A stretch of DNA of 64,000 nt from Nemertoderma westbladi. Lineage: Eukaryota; Animalia; Xenacoelomorpha. Shown one piece after another: positions 36,661 through 48,599 of this stretch (the first letter of the stretch is position 1; every line of letters starts with the position of its first letter). The notes beneath the pieces were generated by a model that was not told where the DNA came from, ran no database searches, and was given only the letters and a program-made list of their open reading frames with translations. The stretch is taken from positions 4,990 through 68,989 of the forward strand of contig JAUCBJ010003703.1 in assembly GCA_032718475.1 (NCBI GenBank). The letters are read 5' to 3'. The translations under genes were made by a program, and so were the position numbers.

Positions 36661-39600
36661 GGTAATATGGTAATATGGTGGGTGTGAGTGGGTGGGTAGG
36701 AAGGTAATGAGGTGGGTGTGAGTGGGTGGGTAGGAAGGTAATGAGGTGGGTGTGAGTGGGTGGGTAGAAAGGTAATGAGGTGTGTGTGAGTGGGTAGGAA
36801 GGTAATATGGTGGGTGTGAGTGTGTAGGAAGGTAATATGGTGGGTGTGAGTGGGTAGGAAGGTAATATGGTGGGTGTGAGTGTGTAGGAAGGTAATGAGG
36901 TGGGTGTGAGTGGGTAGGAAGGTAATGAGCTGGGTGTGAGTGGGTGGGTAGGAAGGTAATGAGGTGGGTGTGAGTGGGTGGGTAGGGAGGTAATGAGGTG
37001 GGTGTGAGTGGGTGGGTAGGAAGGTAATATGGTGGGTGTGAGTGGGTGGGTAGGAAGGTAATGAAGTGGGTGTGAGTGGGTGGGTAGGAAGGTAATGATG
37101 GTGGGTGTGAGTGGGTGGGTAGGAAGGTAATGATGGTGGGTGTGAGTGGGTAGGAAGGTAATGATGGTGGGTGTGAGTGGGTAGGAAGGTAATGATGGTG
37201 GGTGTGAGTGGGTAGGAAGGTAATGATGGTGGGTGTGAGTGGGGTAGGAAGGTAATGAGGTGGGTGTGAGTGGGTAGGAAGGTAATGAGGTGGGTGTGAG
37301 TGGGTGGGTAGGAAGGTAATATGGTGGGTGTGAGTGGGTGGGTAGGAAGGTAATATGGTGGGTGTGAGTGGGTAGGAAGGTAATGAGGTGGGTGTGAGTG
37401 GGTGGGTAGAAAGGTAATGAGGTGTGTGTGAGTGGGTAGGAAGGTAATATGGTGGGTGTGAGTGGGTAGGAAGGTAATATGGTGGGTGTGAGTGGGTAGG
37501 AAGGTAATATGGTGGGTGTGAGTGGGTAGGAAGGTAATATGGTGGGTGTGAGTGGGTAGGAAGGTAATATGGTGGGTGTGAGTGGGTAGGAAGGTAATAT
37601 GGTGGGTGTGAGTGGGTAGGAAGGTAATATGGTGGGTGTGAGTGGGTAGGAAGGTAATATGGTGGGTGTGAGTGTGGTAGGAAGGTAATATGGTGGGTGT
37701 GAGTGGGTAGGAAGGTAATATGGTGGGTGTGAGTGGGTAGGAAGGTAATATGGTGGGTGTGAGTGGGTGGGTAGGAAGGTAATATGGTGGGTGTGAGTGG
37801 GTAGGAAGGTAATATGGTGGGTGTGAGTGGGTAGGAAGGTAATATGGTGGGTGTGAGTGGGTAGGAAGGTAATATGGTGGGTGTGAGTGGTGGTAGGAAG
37901 GTAATATGGTGGGTGTGAGTGGGTGGGTAGGAAGGTAATATGGTGGGTGTGAGTGGGTAGGAAGGTAATATGGTGGGTGTGAGTGGGTAGGAAGGTAATA
38001 TGGTGGGTGTGAGTGGGTAGGAAGGTAATATGGTGGGTGTGAGTGGGTAGGAAGGTAATATGGTGGGTGTGAGTGGTGGTAGGAAGGTAATATGGTGGGT
38101 GTGAGTGGGTAGGAAGGTAATATGGTGGGTGTGAGTGGGTAGGAAGGTAATATGGTGGGTGTGAGTGGGTAGGAAGGTAATATGGTGGGTGTGAGTGGGT
38201 GGGTAGGAAGGTAATATGGTGGGTGTGAGTGGGTAGGAAGGTAATATGGTGGGTGTGAGTGGGTAGGAAGGTAATAGGTGGGTGTGAGTGGGGTAGGAAG
38301 GTAATAGGTGGGTGTGAGTGGGTGGGTAGGAAGGTAATATGGTGGGTGTGAGTGGGTAGTGAAGGTAATATGGTGGGTGTGAGTGGGTAGGAAGGTAATA
38401 TGGTGGGTGTGAGTGGGTAGGAAGGTAATATGGTGGGTGTGAGTGGGTAGGAAGGTAATATGGTGGGTGTGAGTGGGTAGGAAGGTAATATGGTGGGTGT
38501 GAGTGGGTAGGAAGGTAATATGGTGGGTGTGAGTGGGTAGGAAGGTAATATGGTGGGTGTGAGTGGGTAGGAAGGTAATATGGTGGGTGTGAGTGGGTAG
38601 GAAGGTAATATGGTGGGTGTGAGTGGGTAGGAAGGTAATATGGTGGGTGTGAGTGGGTAGGAAGGTAATATGGTGGGTGTGAGTGGGTAGGAAGGTAATA
38701 TGGTGGGTGTGAGTGGGGGTAGGAAGGTAATATGGTGGGTGTGAGTGGGTAGGAAGGTAATATGGTGGGTGTGAGTGGGTAGGAAGGTAATATGGTGGGT
38801 GTGAGTGGGTAGGAAGGTAATATGGTGGGTGTGAGTGGGTAGGAAGGTAATATGGTGGGTGTGAGTGGGTAGGAAGGTAATATGGTGGGTGTGAGTGGGT
38901 AGGAAGGTAATATGGTGGGTGTGAGTGGGTAGGAAGGTAATATGGTGGGTGTGAGTGGGGTAGGAAGGTAATATGGTGGGTGTGAGTGGGTAGGAAGGTA
39001 ATATGGTGGGTGTGAGTGGGTAGGAAGGTAATATGGTGGGTGTGAGTGGGTAGGAAGGTAATATGGTGGGTGTGAGTGGGTAGGAAGGTAATATGGTGGG
39101 TGTGAGTGGGTAGGAAGGTAATATGGTGGGTGTGAGTGGGTAGGAAGGTAATATGGTGGGTGTGAGTGGGTAGGAAGGTAATATGGTGGGTGTGAGTGGG
39201 TAGGAAGGTAATATGGTGGGTGTGAGTGGGTAGGAAGGTAATATGGTGGGTGTGAGTGGGTAGGAAGGTAATATGGTGGGTGTGAGTGGGTAGGAAGGTA
39301 ATATGGTGGGTGTGAGTGGGTAGGAAGGTAATATGGTGGGTGTGAGTGGGTAGGAAGGTAATATGGTGGGTGTGAGTGGGTAGGAAGGTAATATGGTGGG
39401 TGTGAGTGGGTAGGAAGGTAATATGGTGGGTGTGAGTGGGTAGGAAGGTAATATGGTGGGTGTGAGTGGGTAGGAAGGTAATATGGTGGGTGTGAGTGGG
39501 TAGGAAGGTAATATGGTGGGTGTGAGTGGGTAGGAAGGTAATATGGTGGGTGTGAGTGGGTAGGAAGGTAATATGGTGGGTGTGAGTGGGTAGGAAGGTA

Positions 39601-40201
39601 ATATGGTGGGTGTGAGTGGGTAGGAAGGTAATATGGTGGGTGTGAGTGGGTAGGAAGGTAATATGGTGGGTGTGAGTGGGTAGGAAGGTAATATGGTGGG
39701 TGTGAGTGGGTAGGAAGGTAATATGGTGGGTGTGAGTGGGTAGGAAGGTAATATGGTGGGTGTGAGTGGGTAGGAAGGTAATATGGTGGGTGTGAGTGGG
39801 TATGGAAGGTAATATGGTGGGTGTGAGTGGGTAGGAAGGTAATATGGTGGGTGTGAGTGGGTAGGAAGGTAATATGGTGGGTGTGAGTGGGTAGGAAGGT
39901 AATATGGTGGGTGTGAGTGGGTGGTAGGAAGGTAATATGGTGGGTGTGAGTGGGTAGGAAGGTAATATGGTGGGTGTGAGTGGGTAGGAAGGTAATATGG
40001 TGGGTGTGAGTGGGTAGGAAGGTAATATGGTGGGTGTGAGTGGGTAGGAAGGTAATATGGTGGGTGTGAGTGGGTAGGAAGGTAATATGGTGGGTGTGAG
40101 TGGGTAGGAAGGTAATATGGTGGGTGTGAGTGGGTAGGAAGGTAATATGGTGGGTGTGAGTGGGTAGGAAGGTAATATGGTGGGTGTGAGTGGGTAGGAA
40201 G
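36661..40201. repeat. 30-bp G-rich minisatellite, roughly 115 copies
   Basis: Unit GGGTAGGAAGGTAATATGGTGGGTGTGAGT. Variant units (34 bp, GTAATGAG) on the left, near-homogeneous units on the right. Confidence 0.97.
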
Positions 40202-41599
40202 TAACTCATGTCATATGTCATATTGTAATGTCATATACTATTTTACACAACTATTGCTCCCATTAATGCTCATTCATTAAAAATATTCATTTTAACATAA
40301 CATTTTTTGACATTTATGTGGTCATTAAACTGTTTTCAGTTTATCTACCCAAAAAAAAATTTTATATAAGTAAAAATAATCCGAGCAGGAAAGGGATAAG
40401 ATAAATACAGTTTTATATTTTTACTGAATTTTTTACTGTATTTTTACTTGATTCTCTTGATTTTACATTTCCTCTCCATCTTGTAATTTTTATATTCATT
40501 TCCAAATCAAACTTGTGCTAAATATATCAGTGCTATTTTAATTTGTGTTTATTAGTTGATAATTAACAATTTATTCGGATATTAAATTTATCGTACATTG
40601 GTTACATTATATAATAATGTTTTTTCTTTATTATAGTATCAACAAACACCGTCAAGAAAGTAAAATCAATTTCAATCATAACTGTCACGGATCTAAGCGA
40701 TGTAAAAAGCGACGCGTACGTGCTTGTGTGGTGTAGTTATTTGGCGTCTGTTATTGGTACGTGTCTAGCACGTCATTTGACGTGCTTGTGTGGTGTTCCA
40801 GTGTAGTATTTGACGTCTGATGACGTAATTGACACGTGTCTAGCAAGTCATTTGACGTAAACTGTAGCACGTCATGGTTTGTCGTGCTCAAACACGTGTT
40901 TGACACTTCCAAAATACACGTAGCCAGGACGTCATTTTCAACACGTTGACGTCAAATAATTACGTCGTATCCACGTGTTTTAGACGTGTTGATGCTTATA
41001 GGGTAGGTATGGGTATGAATGAACTATACAGCTATAACTCAACTACCGCTACTGCGGTATTCACCGCTAAGGCAGTAAGGCTACTACCGCAAAGCCATAC
41101 CACTACCGCAAAAAGTAACTACTGATGTCTGACTGTACGTGCTGATGTGTGCGATCCCTGCTTATAACTGTATAATACTTATATTTATTAATTTGATCAT
41201 TAAAATAATGTTGCATTGTAATTATGTAATATATATGTACTGATACAGGATGCAGTTTTGATTGAAATACCGATATACAGTATGGCAGCATGGTTACCTA
41301 CACTTGGAGTTGTACTAAAGTCCAATATTGGACTTTGCTGCTTTGGAGTCCAAAATTGGACTTGAAGTCTAAAATTGGACTTGAAGTCCAATTTTTGACT
41401 TCTCACCGACTGACAGTCTAAAATAAATAAAAATCATGTAAAATTAATTAAAAACCAAGATTTGCATAATTTCCCTATAGGGAAAACTTTCATTTCCCTA
41501 TAGGGAAACACAATTTTCCCTATAGGGAAATAAATAAGTTTCCCTATTGGGCTAATTTCCCAGACTGGCAGAATTTCCGTGCTCGCTACGCTCGCCAGC

Positions 41600-41720
41600 C
41601 AGGGCTGGCAAAGTAGGTATTTGTAAACCTAGGTTTTTGTAGGTTTTTGTCAAAAACCTAAAATTTGAAAAAAGCCTAAAACTAGGTTTTTAGGTTTTTG
41701 ATTTTTCATCTTTAATTTGC
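41600..41720. mobile_element. Left end of an hAT-like MITE
   Basis: CAGGGCTGGCAAAG terminus with AAAACCTA/TAGGTTTT subterminal repeats. Right end not found. Confidence 0.45.
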
Positions 41721-42339
41721 CTTTTAATTTCATTTGTACTGTACACTCAAAACAACTGAACAAGTCAACTTGCATTGTCAGCTGATGAGTTCCAGTCCAG
41801 TCCAGTTGTCTTGTCACTACTGACAATAAGCTGACTGATGCAAGTTAGCGAATGCAAGTTAGCAGTCAGATGGTCCGGTACCGGCTGACCGGTGACTCAA
41901 TTACCTGACTACAGACCTACTGCCTAAATGCAACAATGGCACACCAACTGACTGACTGACACTGATATACTACTGTTGTACTACTACCAGACTTACCTGA
42001 CTACAGCAATATTTATACTGCCTGACAGTGACAGACTGATGCTGTAATGCAAAACACCACAGTACTGTAATAATAGGCCTACAGCCAACAGCTACAGAGT
42101 CACTGTTGACTTGAGAATAATCATCTGGACCAATCAGGAAACAGTATTCGCCTACGTATATGCATACATGTATGTGAAATCGCTCAATGTAATGTATAGA
42201 TAAGTGGATACGTACGCACATACCACATACTGTACGTGGATACTTACGGCATACGTTGAAAAGTAAAACCCTTTATACTGTGTATGCTGTTGAAGTAGGC
42301 AGGTAGGCTACAGGGCTATCCTCCCTATCATACAGTAGT

Positions 42340-44360
42340 ATCCAATATTCTTACCATATATCAACGACAGTGATATAGCCATAACCAACAAGTCATCAGC
42401 CAACACAATCACAGATCCAACACTAAATAATCCCGCACCTACTTGTTTATCACTGAAATTAGCTGATGATTCAAACATTTTAGCAGCTCATGATAACATA
42501 GACCAACTATCTATTTCATTGTCAGCGACACTAACCAACATCTACAACTGGGCAACAGATAATAAACTGAGCTTAAATTTTAAGAAAACAACAGCGATCA
42601 TCTTTGGAACACACCATAAACTTGCGCGAAATAATAACTTAAAGGTCGTATGTAATGGAATTGATATTGAACAAAGGACAAGCATTAAGTATCTTGGTTG
42701 TCATCTCGACATGGATCTATCAGGTAACACCATGGCCGCTCAGGTCATAAAAAAGGGAAATAAAAACTTAAGATTTTTATACAGACAAGGGGCCTTCCTA
42801 GATTTCCACTTGAGAAGACAACTTTGTAACACCCTGATCCAACCACATATGGATTTTGTAGCTTCAAGTTGGTACCCAAGTACATCCAAAAGACTAATAA
42901 ACCAACTTCATGCTTTACAAAGAAAATGCATACGTTTCTGCCTCAGATTACCAAGCCGCACGCATATCACTCAATGGCACTACAACGAATTGTCTTGGTT
43001 ACCAATTGAATGGCGTATAAACCAGTTATTAGCGACGCACATGTACCGGATAACGCGCTCACTTTCACCGCCATACCTTAGTTCCCTTGTTCGATTCAAC
43101 TCTGTGTCTATTGATCTCCGGGGTGGTAACAGTCGCGCGATAGTCCCATCGAGGCACACGGTTACGGGATGCGAATGTTTCTCGTTTATGGGGCCAACTA
43201 TATGGAATGCGATACCCTTAGACGTGCGCAATGCGGTATCCGTGGAAGCTTTTAAACATAATATCAAAACACATTTCCTGAGTAAACTAACTTCCAACGA
43301 AAATACAATATGGGAATATTGAATATCAATGATTGAATGTGAATCATATAACTGCATCCCAGACCCCACTCAGCCGAAACGTCTGTTACCTGACGCTGAC
43401 ATCCGCACCCCCCCCCCCCCCCCCCCCCCCCAACCGACATGCCACATTAAACTTAAAAGATCGAGGTTTTTTATCATGATTGATTGTAAATATTATATCT
43501 TAATAGTTGTTTATGATCTATTTGTCTATTTTCTTTTTATTATTCATTTTTATTAATTTCGGTTTTTATTTTAATTAATTGTCTACAGTAGTTTAGTAAT
43601 AAGTTCAAAGATTTTCTTTATAATTTTCAATATTGTCAATTTTATTTATAGTTTTAAATATTCTCTGTCTTAGTTATGATTTTAAATATTGACCATTTTA
43701 GTTATAATTTTAAATATTGTTTATTTCAGTTAAAATTTTAAACATTGTCTACTTTTGTATTATTCCTCGAGGACCCTCATGGAAACGAGGTTTTACCTCA
43801 TGAGGCAATCCTCAAGCGCCACCTCACTCAAATTTACGTTGCAAACTGTATCAGACAAACTATATTTTCTATTTCTTTTTAATATATGTCCTGCTTCTCC
43901 GTTGTATATGTACAGTAATTTGTTCTTACTACACTTTTTAAAATAATAACAATTTTATTTTAAAGCATGCGGGAGGCGAATTTTAATTTCAATTTTAGTT
44001 AATTATCATTATTATTAGTTGATCCAGCACTTAATGTAATCAACCACTGCCATGTTTTATTGAACATATCAAAGTTTTAATTAGAATGTAATCTTATACA
44101 GTATGTTTTACCTTTACTTTTAATGCATTTGTGTTCGTATTGTACGTTGTGTTGTCTTGTATTAGTAAGCATCATATCCTCCCATTCATTGTTCCATTAT
44201 ATTACTGTGAATTGTAATCATTGTATACTTAGTGAATAGATTATATACATAGTCGAGTCATTTTTGTTTAGTTTAAGAAGATATAATTTGTTTCCATTTG
44301 CGTCTCTATTATTGTTTCTATAGTGTTTTGGTGTAATAAAAAACTTCAAAACTTCAAACT
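42340..44360 (+). mobile_element. 5'-truncated L2/Crack-group LINE with long 3' UTR
   Basis: ADD motif near 42460. Open frame 42519-43322 with KLSLNFKKT, IKYLG, IQPHMDF, LQRKCIR, WNAIP. Stem-loop at 43769-43815. Tail AATAAAAAACTTCAAAACTTCAAACT. Confidence 0.85.
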
Positions 44361-44966
44361 ATGAGCTGATCAGTCATTATTGCTATTGGTCACAATCAGT
44401 TTATTTATTACATATTGCTTTAATCATTTAAATAAAACTGCACATACAGTAATATAACAGGAGAAAGTTGAACAGTGAATAAAACTAAAGGACTTACTAC
44501 AGTCGGGGTCTCAAAGTGCATCTGTTCTTTGAGATTTTCTCAAAGTTTTTCTAAAAGTGTCTAAAAGTCATTACATTACTCCCAACGGCCGCTTTAAATT
44601 CTTGTACAGTAGACACTTTTAGTTGGGTATCTCAAACTTTGAGAAATGTCACTTAATTACATTTAAAGCGGAACGAATGTTGAAATATGTGAGCATTTTT
44701 AAATAAAATATCAAGGAATTCAGATGGCTGTTTAATGTGTGTGACGTCACAGTAATTCCGGCTGGCACATTTTACATTGTATACAGAATAATAAAATTTG
44801 CATTAAATAATTATTTGAAAGGAGGGAAGCTCATTTTTATTTTAAGGACAGAAAATTGTTGATTCCTGTCGTAATAGAACAACTCGGGTCTGTCAATGTT
44901 TTCGTAAACAGTAATAAGACCGGCGTTGTCCAGCAACTGAGTAAACAATGTATGAGTAGTTGGATT

Positions 44967-45590
44967 TAGATAAGATAAGATATATTAACAATTTCTCACA
45001 CATAGACTGCAAAAATTTTACAAATTACATAAAATTATAACAAATGTGATGTCATGTGGAGCTGGCCACTGGACGGGTAGTCCCATTATTTCAGCGACCA
45101 GTTGCACAACACAGATTATAGTCAAGGACTACTCTACTAGTCTCTCTAGTAGAGTACTGTAGTCCTTGATTATAGTATATTTATGTATGTATTGTACAGT
45201 ATAATACTACAATTCAAGTAACACTAACACAGCTTACTGTACTTTAAAATCAGGAATTTAACTACTCATGCACTCACTGTATTTATAAAAAAAAATCATA
45301 ATATAACAATAACCTAACTAGAACTACTTTTAAAACTATCTGATTTTAACCATCTACTAAGTTTAAATTTAAAACTATTTAATGTGGGACACTGCCGCAC
45401 TGAAAGTGGAATTGCATTCCAAATTATAGGGCCTGATAGATATATAGATTGACCCTTAATTTTTAATCTATGTTGTGTTCTAATGCAATTATTGGAGTTA
45501 GCTAATCTGGTCGCGAGATTATGTATGGTGGAAGTTTGTGTCAGAAGGGAAGGTAGGAAGGACATCATGGGGAAGTAGTTGCGACGTCCG
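44967..45590 (-). mobile_element. 3' end of an L2/Crack-group LINE
   Basis: HNLATR...GPIIWNAIPLSVRQC...FKFKL C-terminus and a (TCTTA)n tail at 44967-44982. May be the same element as 55300-56150. Confidence 0.75.
45123..45168. mobile_element. 46-bp palindromic mini-transposon, P-element-like termini
   Basis: CAAGGACTAC...GTAGTCCTTG flanked by 8-bp TSD ATTATAGT at 45115-45122 and 45169-45176. Confidence 0.75.
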
Positions 45591-45669
45591 CCATGAAAAT
45601 GTTAGACCGAAGTTAATTTTGATTTAGTTAAAGTAGGAATTCTGATAGTTAAAAGAGTTCTGCAATTGT

Positions 45670-48480
45670 AGAGGCTGATATGCGACCACCTACTCACATT
45701 AAACCTTTGTTATTTAGATACGGCGTTAATGATAGTATGGAACTGTCATTAGACAACGGTTTGCTAGCTTTAAGATCTTTTAATTCTGCATTGAAGAAAC
45801 GTTTCTGATGATTTGCAAGTATAAAATCCTTAGCTTTACCTAACTCACTTACTGACGAAGGTCCACTACGGCGTTTCTTGTTGCGGCAGTTAAATATAAA
45901 ACGCTGTATCCAGGCAACTGTGCGTTTGATGTGTGACAATTTTGAATGTTTGTCTATAAGACGAGATATTAAATCTCCGCCTATATCTACAGTATACTAT
46001 CTATATCTGTTTGCTTCTTATTACTAGATGTGGCAAAAACTGTCTTGACTTCCGTCTCAGCTTCATGTGGCTCAGAAACTAATAAACATTGTTCCAGCCA
46101 ATCGGTGTTATTAGAGCGCAGAAATGCCGGCCCATTTAACCATGGGTGGTCAAGGCTAACATCTAAAGCACTCATGCCTCGACTCCCGTAGTCGGCTGGA
46201 TTTTCCTGACCAGGGACATGATGCCATTGGGAAGGGTCTGTAGTGTCTGTAATTTCTGAAACCCTATTTGCGACGTATGTGTGAAATTTTGTTTTACGTG
46301 ACTTTATCCACTGTAAAACAGTCATAGACTCAGACCACAACAATACCAAGCTCATAGAGATTGCCAATGTGCAACAAATAAAAGAGGCTAATCGCACTCC
46401 GAGTACCGCTGTATTGAGTTCCATTCGTGGGACAGATACAGTACGAATGGGGGCGACTTTGGATTTCGCAAGTACAAATGAAATCGATGGTTTATTGTTG
46501 CTAGAAGTATCAGTGCGTAGATATGCTACGGCGCTGAATCCGACTTCTGATGCATCAACAAAAACATGAAGTGTTACATCCTGGGGAAATGGAGAAGCGT
46601 GAAAATAACAGCGTGGTATGCGAATGCTCTGTAAATGGCTTAAGTTTGAAAGCCATTCATACCAGGTGTTTGCTAAGTCTGGAGGGAGAGCTTCATCCCA
46701 ACCGAGACCACGCCGCCAGATATCCTGTAACAAACATTTTGCCACTAGGAGTACGGATGTAACAGCACCTAATATGGGTCAAACACGGACGCCACCTGTC
46801 TCAAAATATTGCGTTTGGTGGGTTGACATTCTCTTATCTCAGTGAAATAAGAGAAAGTATCTGTAGAGCAGTTCCAACGAACTCCGAAAGCACGCCCAGT
46901 GGGAAGTTCTTCAAAGTCAAGGTTAAGATCTGGTTTAGAGAGATTATCCGCCGGTAGTATAGAAAGGACTTCCTTAGATGAGGATATCCATTGTCCCAAT
47001 TTAAATCCCCCTTTTGCTAATAACTTAGTCATTTGATCAATTAAGTTACTTGCTTCGGACTCGGTAGGAGCAGAATCGAGATAGTTGTCAGAATAAAAAT
47101 TGTTTTCAACTTTTTGACAACTATCCGGAAACTGAACAATATTATCTTTCGCTGTTGTTAATAATGCATATATGCAGGATGTGTGGGAGGATATTGCGAC
47201 AAAAATTTGTACTAACATACGATATGTGGTTGGAGGTTTAGTGTTATCTAGTCCACCCCAAAGAAAACGTAACACATCCCGATCTCTTGGGTTCACACCA
47301 ACCTGGTGATACATGGCATGTATATCACCAGAAATAGCTACCGGGTGCTTACGAAAACGCAACAGCACACTAGTTAGGTTAGTAAGTAAATCAGGTCCCT
47401 TGTATAAACAATCATTCAGAGATAAACCATGAAACCTACAACTAGCATCAAATACAACTCTAATCTTATCTGGTTTCCCTGGTTTGGGTACACAATGGTG
47501 GGGTAAATACCAAACTTCTTTAGTTGGTATTTCTTCTGAGATCTCACTCTCACAAACACGCTCAGCATAACCTGCACTAATATAACTTTGTACGATATCA
47601 TGATATTGCTGCCCAATAGACTTGTTTTGTTCTAATTTACGCATGGTAGAATTTAATCGGCGTAATGCTACCTCATAATTATTTATAAGTTTTTCGGCTT
47701 GTGGTCGAAAAGGAAGCGCCATTTCATAATGTCCATCCTCTCGATGTATAGTAGTTTTTTCTAGAATAGACATAGCAGCAACGTCATCAGGGGAACTAAA
47801 CACCGTAACGTCGTTTGGCTGTGTTCCATAGTTTTCTCTTTCCCAAAAACGTTGAAGTAAATCATCGAGAGCTGTATCCCCAACGATATTTTTCGACTTA
47901 TTTGATATCACAAATACGTGTTCAGAATCATTAGTGGCGTTTAGAAAACGGGGGACATTTGAAGTACAAGCAGCCCAGTCAAAATTTGTTAACACGGCTG
48001 TAGGCGAACCAACTGGTCCTTCACAATATGCATAAGATTTAATTATCGACGTCATATCTGCACCCAAAAATACACTGACTTTTGTCGAATCAACTTTAGG
48101 GAGATCGAGATTTTCCAAGTGGGGCCAATGAGTTTTAAATTTCGGCCAGTCGAATCGCTGCTTGGGAAGTCCCATGCAAGGTATTGTATGGATATTTGAC
48201 ACATCAAACTTTGTAGGACTATTCCTTGCAGATAAACTAAAAGAAACAAGACGGGAAGGTATATCCTGTTGCAGCTGTCCAATGAGTGTCCCGACATTTA
48301 ATGGGCATTTGGGTCCCACAAGGCCAATTTCGTCCGCCATAGACTGTGTTATCAATGAAAGTTGTGCACCACCATCCAGAAAAGCATATGTATTTATGGA
48401 TCAGCCCTTTTTAGCTTCCAGCCGGATTGGCACAATCTGCAGCGCAACAATAATGGATGGGCCATCATAAGATACTGTAC
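45670..48480 (-). pseudogene. BEL/Pao pol: protease, RT and RNase H (Peptidase_A17 region)
   Basis: YAFLDGG protease motif; WYLPHH, KIRVVFDAS, GDIHAMY, YSDNYLDS (YxDD altered); LHVFVDASE, PRMEL, NPAD, WLNGP. Confidence 0.92.
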
Positions 48481-48599
48481 CAATGTGAGGGCTACTATCT
48501 TCATTATCACTAGAGAGCCAGCAAGCTGGCTGGAAGGAGCCCGGGGGGAAGAATCCTAGCCAATACTAAACTAAACAATTGTCTAAATGGTGTGATGAT

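Larger units (their letters stand above)
33922..36661 (+). pseudogene. Multi-exon accessory gene of the EnSpm-like element (N-terminus like DUF4806-associated proteins), probably defective
   Basis: Exon 33922-34141 (MDNNLKCYVVIEF...SSWII...TYWP...W...VLAFT) splices in frame (A|gt..ag|AG) to 34371-34576 (KNVEKAERLAGEA...DN|gtaagt), then to an open phase-0 exon at 34991-35104. A further exon at about 36305-36661 has a frameshift near 36515 and ends ILMDKLNTIIETQKFHSKLLSNR|gt. Confidence 0.65.
32834..41003 (+). mobile_element. EnSpm/CACTA-like element lacking a transposase
   Basis: TIRs CCCTATAAGCAT / ATGCTTATAGGG flanked by TA on both sides. Dense GACGT/ACACGT subterminal repeats at 32845-33185 and 40705-40990. 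Internal spliced gene. Confidence 0.8.
31344..41412. mobile_element. Second DNA transposon with CAGTC termini and 5-bp TSD (element B), nested in element A
   Basis: TIRs CAGTCGGTGAGAAGTCAAAAATTGGACTT / AAGTCCAATTTTTGACTTCTCACCGACTG. TSD ACAGT at 31339-31343 and 41413-41417. Palindromic AGTCCAAAATTGGACT subterminal repeats. Confidence 0.9.
22819..41567. mobile_element. DNA transposon with CAGTC termini and 5-bp TSD (element A, hAT5-like?), host of a deep nest
   Basis: TIRs CAGTCTGGGAAATTAGCCCAATAGGGAAA / TTTCCCTATTGGGCTAATTTCCCAGACTG. TSD GCAGA at 22814-22818 and 41568-41572. Palindromic TTCCCTATAGGGAA subterminal repeats at both ends. Confidence 0.88.

Noticed and set aside
36637-40221. 1194-aa His/Pro/Tyr-rich ORF resembling an extensin or adhesive protein
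   Set aside because: It is the minus strand of a 30-bp minisatellite that lacks stops in all three frames. The ORF drifts between frames at indels, so there is no sign of coding constraint.
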